From Bdellovibrionales bacterium (lineage in GTDB: Bacteria; Bdellovibrionota; Bdellovibrionia; Bdellovibrionales; UBA1609), in assembly GCA_965204055.1 (NCBI GenBank), contig OZ241967.1, forward strand, positions 834,144 to 898,143: a stretch of 64,000 nucleotides of DNA. The letters are read 5' to 3'. Each line of letters starts with the position of its first letter. Position 1 is the stretch's first letter. This document shows positions 47,197 through 54,784 of the stretch, piece by piece. The position numbers were made by a program, and so were the translations under genes. A model generated the notes under the pieces. The model saw only the letters and a program-made list of their open reading frames with translations, did not search any database and was not told the origin of the DNA.

Positions 47197-48561
47197 TTAA
47201 TCAAATATTTTTCCTATGTTTAAGATATTTTTTGGATCAAAAACTTTTTTTATAGCTTTCATATATCTTAACTCTTCTTCAGAACAGGAGTAAAGCAGAT
47301 AAGGTTTTTTTAAAAGTCCCACTCCATGTTCTGCAGAAATAGAGCCTTTATATTTTTTTATAACAGTAAATAAAATGTTATTTACTGCTTCGCATTTCTT
47401 TATAAACAGGGCTTTTTTCATGTTTTCTGGTTTTAAAATATTAATATGCAGGTTTCCATCTCCTATATGGCCAAACCAAATTACTTTAAAATCAGGATAT
47501 TCTTTCTTTAAAACTTGATTCATTTCAGATAAAAAGTGAGGAAGGCAGGAGATACGAACCGATATATCATTTTTATAAGGAGAATAGGGAGAAAGAGATT
47601 CACTAATGTTTTCTCTAATAGTCCAAAGCTCTTTAACTTGGCGCGAATTTTCGCTTACTACCCCATCTGCAACATAACCTTTTTCTAAAGCAGACTCAAA
47701 AAGAGAGAGTGCTTTTTCCTGATCGCTTTGGTTGCATTCTATAAGGGCATAATATTCTTCTTTTTCTTTTAAAGGGAAGGAAACAGAAGAGTTTTTTTGC
47801 ACGTACTCTAAAGCAAGGCTGGTAAACATTTCAAAGGCTCTTAAAGTAAGCTTTGTTTTAAACAAATAATAAAGCTTCATTAATGAGTCTGTTCCCGGAA
47901 CAGAGAATAAAAACACGCAAGGGGATTCTGGTTTTTTTGTAAGCTGTAAGGTGATCTCTGTAATTAAACCTAAAGAACCTTCCGAACCAATAAAAAGATT
48001 AAGTAAATCATAACCGGCTGTGTTTTTAATCAACCCTCTTCCTAAAGTTAATGTTTTTCCTTCTCCTGTAACCACTTTTAGGCTTGTGATCCACTTTCTA
48101 AGAGAACCATAATTTATAACATGTACTCCGCCTGCGTTGGTGGCTACATTGCCTCCAATTTGGCTTGAACCTTCCGAGGCAAAAGAAATAGGAAAATAAA
48201 AAGATTTTTCTTTAGCTTTTTCTTGAACAGTTTGGGTGATAACTCCGGGTTGAACTGTCAAGGTTTGTTCTATTTCATTAAACTCCAGGATTTGGTTCAT
48301 ACGTTCAAACGATAAAACCGCTTCTTGATTTTGAGCCACAGCTGATCCGCTAAGCCCTGTGCGTCCTCCTGAGGCCACCAGGGGGGTATGGGTTTGAAGG
48401 GCCCACTTAACAATATCTTCTACATTTTTATGGGATTCAGGAAAAAGAACCATAGAAGGGGAGGGATTATATAGCTCTAACCAGTCACTCCCGTATTTTT
48501 GCAAGACATCTGGGTTTGTGCTCACTTGATCTTCTTTAAGAATTTTTTTTAAGCTTTCCAT
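47197..48561 (-). CDS. FAD-linked oxidase (GlcD / D-lactate dehydrogenase family)
   Basis: FAD_binding_4-type N-domain (VASGGRTGLSGSAV, ATNAGG) and a C-terminal SAEHGVG motif. Confidence 0.85.
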   Translation of the reverse strand: MESLKKILKEDQVSTNPDVLQKYGSDWLELYNPSPSMVLFPESHKNVEDIVKWALQTHTPLVASGGRTGLSGSAVAQNQEAVLSFERMNQILEFNEIEQTLTVQPGVITQTVQEKAKEKSFYFPISFASEGSSQIGGNVATNAGGVHVINYGSLRKWITSLKVVTGEGKTLTLGRGLIKNTAGYDLLNLFIGSEGSLGLITEITLQLTKKPESPCVFLFSVPGTDSLMKLYYLFKTKLTLRAFEMFTSLALEYVQKNSSVSFPLKEKEEYYALIECNQSDQEKALSLFESALEKGYVADGVVSENSRQVKELWTIRENISESLSPYSPYKNDISVRISCLPHFLSEMNQVLKKEYPDFKVIWFGHIGDGNLHINILKPENMKKALFIKKCEAVNNILFTVIKKYKGSISAEHGVGLLKKPYLLYSCSEEELRYMKAIKKVFDPKNILNIGKIFD

Positions 48562-48575
48562 AGTGATATTGAGAT

Positions 48576-48809
48576 TTATATTTTGCCATTGTGTTTAAGT
48601 GTTTGAACAAAATCACTAAAGCTTACTGAAGGTTCTTTTTTTCTCCTTTTGATGGTTTTTATATCTTCCTTATCCTCTTCCAAAGATTCTTTTATCATTT
48701 CTTCAGCTAAATCAGACATAGAGCACCTTCTAAGAGTGGATTGCAGTTTTAGAGCTTTATGTGTTTCCGGGTAAAAATAAATTGTAGCTGGCTTTCTTTT
48801 TGTTTTCAT
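48576..48809 (-). CDS. ribbon-helix-helix (CopG/ParD-like) antitoxin-type protein, orphan
   Basis: 77 aa. ATIYFYPETHKALKLQSTLRRCSMSDLAEEMIKESL is the RHH beta-strand plus two helices. No toxin-sized ORF follows; the next gene, 14 bp downstream, is the FAD oxidase. Confidence 0.5.
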   Translation of the reverse strand: MKTKRKPATIYFYPETHKALKLQSTLRRCSMSDLAEEMIKESLEEDKEDIKTIKRRKKEPSVSFSDFVQTLKHNGKI

Positions 48810-48970
48810 AATAGCTATTTTCTAATATTTTAATAGTGTGATGTCAAATAATAATTCAAGAATATATTTGTTAGAAAGACAGGTGTTCTGAGAGCCTCAT
48901 TCTGGCTTTTAATAAGTCAGTTTAGTTAAGTCAAATTCTTGGTACATCTCCTTAAAAGTCAAAAAAAACT

Positions 48971-49115
48971 TTATCACGGGTGACTAATTAGTTGCCCGTG
49001 ATAAAATATGTTTTCTTAAGAAAAAAACTTGCTTTGCTTCAAAACAAGCGTGGATTCCCGCTTACGCGGGAATGACAGCGAGGACGAACAAGCTTTTTCA
49101 CGGGCGATTAATTAG
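48971..49115. mobile_element. MITE (129 bp) with an abutting solo TIR
   Basis: The full element at 48987-49115 has TIRs AATTAGTTGCCCGTGATAAAA and CTTTTTCACGGGCGATTAATTAG, with internal palindrome ATTCCCGCTTACGCGGGAAT (49054-49073). An extra inverted TIR, TTATCACGGGTGACTAATT (48971-48989), abuts it. Confidence 0.6.
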
Positions 49116-49362
49116 TTAAAGCGATTTGTAAGACCATAGTCCTATTTATGAAATATAGATCTGTTAAACAGTATTTTTATTTGCTGATTGTGGGCTGTTC
49201 AATAGTCTTATTTATGAAGTGCAGACCTATCAAAAATCTGCATATATGGGACAATTTACAAGACTTTATTAGCGATTCCTGCGTGTTCTAATAGTCAAAC
49301 ATCTGCATATATGGGACAATTTACAAAACAACTTAAAAACTACTTCTATGAGGTCAAAATAA

Positions 49363-49803
49363 ATGAGTGATAATAAAATAGTCAGTTTTATCTGGCAAGT
49401 GGCTGAGCTTTTGCGTGGCCCTTATCGTCCCAATCAATATAAAAAAGTTATACTTCCTCTTATAGTTTTAAGAAGGCTGGATTGTGTATTAGAGCCAACA
49501 AAAGAGAAGGTCTTAACAAAAGAAAAAAGTTTAAAAAAAAGCAAAATGAGAAACATAGAATCTATTTTAAATAGAGTAGCTGGTCAAAAATTTTATAACA
49601 AAAGCCATTTTACTTTTGAAAAGTTGAAAGCTGATCCAGATAACATTTCAGCTAATCTTACAAATTTTATAAAAGGTTTTTCTGAAAGAGCCAGGAAAAT
49701 TATTGAACATTTTAATCTTGAAAAAGAGATTGCGGAAATTGAGGCAGATTTAAAAGAGATTGAGGAAGAGATTACAGAGATATTATTGGAGACAGTGGGA
49801 TGA
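49363..49803 (+). pseudogene. hsdM: type I R-M methyltransferase HsdM, in-frame internal deletion remnant
   Basis: The N-terminal HsdM_N domain is present (IVSFIWQVAELLRGPYRPNQYKKVILPLIVLRRLDCVL). It joins directly to a short coiled C-terminal tail. At 146 aa it lacks any SAM-binding or NPPF/Y catalytic motifs. Confidence 0.75.
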
Positions 49804-50858
49804 GTAAAAAAAGAAGTGTGGGAAGCAGTATGATGGAGTTTCTTATTTTTAAAGAGCCATCCGATGGGCCTCAAATTGAAGTCCGCTATGAAAAGGGCAC
49901 TATATGGCTCACACAAAAGCTTATGGCAGAGTTATTTTCTGTGGAAAGATCAGTTATTACAAAGCATTTGGCCAATATTTTTAGCGAAGGGGAGCTGAAC
50001 AAAAATTCAGTATGTGCAAAATTTGCACATACTGCCCCAGATGAAAAAAGCTATAACACCCTGTTTTATAGCTTGGATGCTATTATTTCTGTAGGTTATC
50101 GAGTTAATTCTCACCGGGCGACCCAATTTCGCCAATGGGCCACCCATATTTTAAGAGAATTTGCCATTAAAGGTTATATTTTAGACAAAAAAAGAATGGA
50201 AAACGGCTATTTTCTGGGAGAGGACTATTTTGAACAGTTACTTTCTGAAATCCGGGAAATCCGTCTGAGTGAAAGGCGTTTTTATCAAAAAATCACTGAT
50301 ATTTACACAACCAGCATAGACTACGATAAGGATGCGCCTACCACCCGTGAATTTTTTGCCAAAGTGCAAAATAAGCTTCATTTTGCTGTTCATGGCAAGA
50401 CTTCTGCGGAGCTTATCAGGCAGAGGGCGGGCAGCAAAAAACAAAATATGGGCCTCACAAATTGGGCTAAAAGTCCTGATGGCAAGATTTTAAAAACGGA
50501 TGTTTCTATCGCCAAGAATTATCTTAATTCAGAAGAATTATCAGCTTTAGGTAGAATTGTAAGTGCTTATCTGGACCTGGCAGAAGAAAGAGCTAAGCGC
50601 AAGATTCCTATGACTATGGAGGATTGGGCTAATAGGTTAGATCGTTTTTTGGAGTTTGACGAAAGAGAAATTTTAAAAGATTCTGGAAAAATCAGCCATG
50701 AGTTGGCAAAAAGCTTTGCAGAAAGTGAGTTTGAAAAATATCGTATCATTCAGGACAAGCTTTTTGAATCTGATTTTGATCAGGAAGTTGGGAAATTGGA
50801 AAAGCAGTTAAGAGAAAAACAGAGCGTTGTTAGTCAAAAAACAGATAGAAAAAAATAA
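49800..50858 (+). CDS. rhuM: RhuM-family protein
   Basis: IEVRYEKGTIWLTQKLMAELF...SVCAKF...DAIISVGYRVNSHRATQFRQWATHILREFAIKGY is characteristic of RhuM. The ATGA at 49800-49803 overlaps the hsdM remnant stop. Confidence 0.85.
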   Translation: MSKKRSVGSSMMEFLIFKEPSDGPQIEVRYEKGTIWLTQKLMAELFSVERSVITKHLANIFSEGELNKNSVCAKFAHTAPDEKSYNTLFYSLDAIISVGYRVNSHRATQFRQWATHILREFAIKGYILDKKRMENGYFLGEDYFEQLLSEIREIRLSERRFYQKITDIYTTSIDYDKDAPTTREFFAKVQNKLHFAVHGKTSAELIRQRAGSKKQNMGLTNWAKSPDGKILKTDVSIAKNYLNSEELSALGRIVSAYLDLAEERAKRKIPMTMEDWANRLDRFLEFDEREILKDSGKISHELAKSFAESEFEKYRIIQDKLFESDFDQEVGKLEKQLREKQSVVSQKTDRKK

Positions 50859-50934
50859 AGAAAATGGTTTATCCAAAATCCAGAAGAGTATTGGCCAATG
50901 AAAATTAAAGGCAAATGGGCCATGAGGCGGTGAA

Positions 50935-52521
50935 ATGAAAAAAATATCTTATACAAAGTATAAAGATTCTGGTATAGAATGGCTTGGGAAAATCCCAGAA
51001 CATTGGAAAATAAAAAGGTTAAAATTTTTATTATCTAAACCATTAAAATATGGTGCAAATGAATCTGCTGAATATGACGAGCCTTCATGGCCAAGATATG
51101 TGAGGATTACTGATATAGATGAAAATGGTATGTTAAAAAAAGAAACTTTTAAATCTATTCCTAAAGAAATAGCATACCAATATTTATTGAAAGATGATGA
51201 CATATTGTTTGCTCGTAGTGGTGCTACTGTTGGAAAAACTTTTCTTTATCAAAAGTGTTATGGGCAAATTGCATTTGCTGGATATCTAATTCGTGCAAGA
51301 TTTGAAATGTCGGATAATATCCCAAAATTTATTTACTATTTTTGTCAGTCGCAAGTTTATTGGAAATGGATTAAAAATAATTCTATACAAGCTACCATTC
51401 AAAATATTAGTGCTGAAAAATATTCTAACTTATATATATCCTTGCCTGATATATATGAACAAAAATCTATTACTATCTTCCTGAATAAAGCAACTTCTTG
51501 GATTGATTCCTTGATAGAAAAAATTAAAAAATCTATCACTCTTTTAAAAGAATACCGCTTGGCTTTAATCACTTCCGCAGTCACTGGACAAATTGATGTT
51601 CGTAAATCCCAAGCACAAGAAATAACAGTTCAAGCCCAAAAGACAGAAAGACAAAAACTTGCCAACTCTTTAAAAGTTCTGGATTTCCGCTTTCGCGAGA
51701 ATAACCGCCATGTCGGCGGTGACAAAGTTGCTCTGGCTCTTGTGTCTGATCATGAATTTGCAACCAAGCTACAAAGAGATTCCCGCTTTCGCGGGAATGA
51801 CCGCCGTGTCGGCGGTGACAAAGTCGCTGTAGCTCTTGTATCTGATCGTGACTCTATGTCTAAGTCACAAAAAGATTCCCGTTTTTGCGGGAATAACAAG
51901 CTTGTTGCTAAAAAAAGATCAAAAAAGTTAGCTTCACCTATATTTAAAAAAGCTGTTTTTGGAGCAGAAATTGTTGCTCAGTTAAAAGATGATCCTCATT
52001 TTGGCAGAACAAAATTTATGAAAACCCTTTATTTGTGTGAAGCTCATTTGCAAATCCCTCTAAAAGGAGAATACAAAAGAGAAGCCGCAGGACCTTTAGA
52101 TAGTTCTATTTATACAATAGAAGGGATTATGAAAAGAAACAAATGGTTTGAGGTTGTTAAAACAGGTTCTATGTTCAAATACAAACCTTTTAAAAACCCT
52201 GATGGACATAAGCAGTATTTTAATAAATACTGGGGAGATTATACAAAGGAATTAAACCGGCTTTTATCTATTATGAAGAATTTTACAACGGAACAATCAG
52301 AAATTGTAGATACCATTTATGCCGTATGGAATGATTTTTTATTGGAAGGGAAAAAACCCTCAGTTAGTGAAATTGTTTATGAAGTAAAAAACAACTGGCA
52401 TAAAAGAAAAAAAAGATTTTCTGATAATCAACTGCAAAAAGCCATTCAGTGGATGAAACAGCAAAATCTTGTTCCTAAAGGTTATGGACCTAAAACTAAA
52501 ACTTTAGAGGAAACAAAATGA
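50935..52521 (+). CDS. hsdS: chimeric ORF: half-size HsdS, a repeat-derived linker, and a Panacea(DUF4065)-like C-terminal module
   Basis: The N-terminus (YKDSGIEWLGKIPEHWKIKRLKFLL, DDILFARSGATVGKTFLY, LLKEYRLALITSAVTGQIDVRK) is one HsdS TRD plus a conserved helix. Then 96-bp GC-rich repeats are translated as DSRFRGNDRRVGGDKVA.ALVSD. Then comes GRTKFMKTLYLCEAH...AAGPLDSSIY. The Panacea assignment is tentative. Confidence 0.65.
   Translation: MKKISYTKYKDSGIEWLGKIPEHWKIKRLKFLLSKPLKYGANESAEYDEPSWPRYVRITDIDENGMLKKETFKSIPKEIAYQYLLKDDDILFARSGATVGKTFLYQKCYGQIAFAGYLIRARFEMSDNIPKFIYYFCQSQVYWKWIKNNSIQATIQNISAEKYSNLYISLPDIYEQKSITIFLNKATSWIDSLIEKIKKSITLLKEYRLALITSAVTGQIDVRKSQAQEITVQAQKTERQKLANSLKVLDFRFRENNRHVGGDKVALALVSDHEFATKLQRDSRFRGNDRRVGGDKVAVALVSDRDSMSKSQKDSRFCGNNKLVAKKRSKKLASPIFKKAVFGAEIVAQLKDDPHFGRTKFMKTLYLCEAHLQIPLKGEYKREAAGPLDSSIYTIEGIMKRNKWFEVVKTGSMFKYKPFKNPDGHKQYFNKYWGDYTKELNRLLSIMKNFTTEQSEIVDTIYAVWNDFLLEGKKPSVSEIVYEVKNNWHKRKKRFSDNQLQKAIQWMKQQNLVPKGYGPKTKTLEETK
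51683..51894. repeat. 96-bp tandem repeat (~2.2 copies) built from GC-rich palindromes
   Basis: ATTTCCGCTTTCGCGAGAAT at 51683, ATTCCCGCTTTCGCGGGAAT at 51779 and ATTCCCGTTTTTGCGGGAAT at 51875. The first two are followed by ACCGCC-N5-GGCGGT. The same ATTCCCGC...GCGGGAATGAC core is present in the MITEs at 49054 and 57095. Confidence 0.9.
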
Positions 52522-53624
52522 AAACAAAGTTTTTACCAAAATTTAAAATTACAAAGTCCCTACTCAACCATTTAATGGAAATTGAGCAGGCCAGAGGTTT
52601 TTTGAAAGCCGCCCATTTATCCCCTCAATGGATCAAAAAAATGAGTCAAAAAAGCTTTTTATTGGAAGCGCACCACACTACCCATATAGAAGGAACACAG
52701 CTTACTTTTGAACAATCAAAAAGAATTTTAGCTGGTAAAAAACTTATATCCGATGCCAATAAAGAGGATATAAAAGAAGTTCAAAACTATAAAGATGCCT
52801 TTAACCTTATATCTTCTCTAAGTAGCAATAAATCAACAAAACTTGGAGAACCACCAATTACAGAAACTCTTATTAAACAGATTCATAAAGAACTGGTTAA
52901 AGGAGTGCGGGGAGGGAGTGCTCAACCCGGAAGATACAGGAGCATACAAAATTATATTGGCAACTCTGTCACCAAAGAGATTATTTACATACCTCCTAAG
53001 CCAAAGGAAGTGCCAGCTCTTATGAAAGATTTTGCGAAATGGATCAATCAAGAATCGGATATTCATCCTGTTTTAAAAAGTGGTATTATTCAATTTCAGT
53101 TTGTGCATATTCATCCCTTTGTGGATGGCAATGGACGCACATCGCGATTGCTTTGCACAGCTTTTCTTTATCAAAAAGACTATGATTTTAAAAAGCTTTT
53201 TTCTATTAGTGAGTATTACGACAAAGACAGACAAAATTTTTACAAGGCCATTCAGTCTGTCAGAAATAATAATATGGATATGACGGGTTGGTTAGAGTAT
53301 TTTGTTAAAGGTTTTTTATTTCAAATGAATTTAGTTATGGATATTGGAAAAAAAGTTATTTTTAAAGATGCTTTAATACAAGACTACAATTTATCTCAAA
53401 GGCAAGGTGTTATTATTGAGCATATTTTAGAGAACGGAAAACTCTTTCCAAAAGATTTTGAAGAATTGAAAAAGGAAATGCAAAAAGTGAGTAAAACAGC
53501 CACCGGTAAAAAAGTAACAATCACTAAAAGAACTCTGCAAAGAGATTTGAAAGATATGGTAGATAAAAAAATTATTAAGGTAGAAGGAAAGACCAATCGA
53601 CAATTTTACCGCCTTTTAAAATAG
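52518..53624 (+). CDS. Fic family protein (Fic_N plus Fic core plus C-terminal wHTH-like region)
   Basis: Fic motif HPFVDGNGRTSR. N-terminal inhibitory-type motif TTHIEG ([ST]xxxE[GN]). The start overlaps the upstream stop (ATGA). Confidence 0.9.
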   Translation: MKTKFLPKFKITKSLLNHLMEIEQARGFLKAAHLSPQWIKKMSQKSFLLEAHHTTHIEGTQLTFEQSKRILAGKKLISDANKEDIKEVQNYKDAFNLISSLSSNKSTKLGEPPITETLIKQIHKELVKGVRGGSAQPGRYRSIQNYIGNSVTKEIIYIPPKPKEVPALMKDFAKWINQESDIHPVLKSGIIQFQFVHIHPFVDGNGRTSRLLCTAFLYQKDYDFKKLFSISEYYDKDRQNFYKAIQSVRNNNMDMTGWLEYFVKGFLFQMNLVMDIGKKVIFKDALIQDYNLSQRQGVIIEHILENGKLFPKDFEELKKEMQKVSKTATGKKVTITKRTLQRDLKDMVDKKIIKVEGKTNRQFYRLLK

Positions 53625-53629
53625 GGTTA

Positions 53630-53707
53630 AACTTGCGACAAACTTGCGACAAGCTTGCGACAAACTTGCGACAAGCTTGCGACAAACTTGCGACAAACTT
53701 TGCGACA
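53630..53707. repeat. 11-bp tandem repeat x7 (A[A/G]CTTGCGACA)
   Basis: Units start at 53630, 53641, 53652, 53663, 53674, 53685 and 53696; the last has one extra T. Lies between the fic stop (53624) and the SD/GTG of the hsdR remnant (53733). Confidence 0.95.
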
Positions 53708-53861
53708 TATTGTAACACAAGGAGGTGTCTAAGTGTCTGATAATACTAAAGAAATCGCCTTTGAGAAGGCTATAGAATGGCACTTATTAAATAAAGGTGG
53801 ATATAGTAAAGGAAAAAGAGAACAATTTGACCCCGTTCGAGGGATGGATCCTGAATTTTAA

Positions 53862-54432
53862 TCTTCACGGGTTTAATTCCCCGTGGCTTGCCACGCTCCT
53901 TATAAGGCGTTAGCCTTATTATATGGGGAAGTATATTTATAAAAGTCACAATGTATCGATTTTGCTTTATCATTTAGTATGTCCGATAAAGTATAGAAAG
54001 CTTGTGTTGTCGGATAAAGTTTCGCTGGAATTAAAGTGGATATGTAAAGAGATTAGTCAGCGTTATGAGATGGAGTTTATAGAGATAGGTTTAGATGGGG
54101 ATCATGTTCATTTTTTGATTCAGTCTGTGCCGATGTATAGTCCTACACGGATTTGTCGGATAGTGAAGAGTTTAACGGCTCGTGAGTTATTTAGGCGGTG
54201 TCCTGATGTGAAGAAGTTTTTGTGGGGTGGTGAGTTTTGGACGAAGGGATATTTTATAAGCACGGTGGGTCATCATGGTGATGAGCAGAAGATCAGTGAT
54301 TATGTGAAGAATCAAGGTAATAAGTCAGGTTATAAGAAGATTTACAGTCAGCAACTGCGGTTGTTTTGAGAGCACAGATATTGGCGATAGACAACAGTGA
54401 TACCCCGTGGCTTGCCACGGGGAGGCTTCATT
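53862..54432 (+). mobile_element. IS200/IS605-family element (tnpA only)
   Basis: Subterminal hairpins CCCCGTGGCTTGCCACG (53879-53895) and CCCCGTGGCTTGCCACGGGG (54403-54422) flank a Y1 transposase gene. No terminal inverted repeats, as expected for this family. Boundaries are approximate. Confidence 0.8.
53923..54369 (+). CDS. tnpA: IS200/IS605 family Y1 (HUH) transposase TnpA
   Basis: 148 aa with YHLVCPIKYRK, HUH motif in GDHVHFLIQ, and catalytic Tyr region TKGYFISTVG. Confidence 0.9.
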   Translation: MGKYIYKSHNVSILLYHLVCPIKYRKLVLSDKVSLELKWICKEISQRYEMEFIEIGLDGDHVHFLIQSVPMYSPTRICRIVKSLTARELFRRCPDVKKFLWGGEFWTKGYFISTVGHHGDEQKISDYVKNQGNKSGYKKIYSQQLRLF

Positions 54433-54519
54433 TGATTTTATTAAAGAAACTACCAAGAAGAGACTCAGGTCCTTCTTATTATTTTGATGATGATGTTACT
54501 CTTCAGTATTACCGCCTCC

Positions 54520-54784
54520 AGAGAATAAGCGAAAGTTCTATCTCTCTTGAGAGTGGGATAGAAAGTGAAGTATCTGGGCCTACCTCTGTAGGAACAGGAG
54601 TATCAATAGATGAAACCATTGAACTTTCTCATCTGATAGATATTTTAAATGAGCGGTTTGGAACAAGCTTTACACCGGCAGATCAACTGTTCTTGGATTC
54701 CATTAAGGAAGATGCGGTTGCTGATTCTAATTTAAGAGAGGTAGCAATGGCTAATCCGATGGAAAATTTTGGATATATTTTTTT
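54520..54784. repeat. 265-bp direct repeat, copy 1 (target-site duplication of the IS1634-like element)
   Basis: AGAGAATAAGCGAAAG...GGATATATTTTTTT reads identically to 56736-57000 by eye. It ends exactly at the left IR. Confidence 0.95.

Noticed and set aside
53630-53707. The short direct-repeat arrays (11 bp x7 here, 19 bp x4 at 24962, 179 bp x2.5 at 60467) considered as CRISPR arrays.
   Set aside because: The repeats are contiguous with no unique spacers. The unit sizes and structure are wrong for CRISPR, and there are no cas genes in the window.
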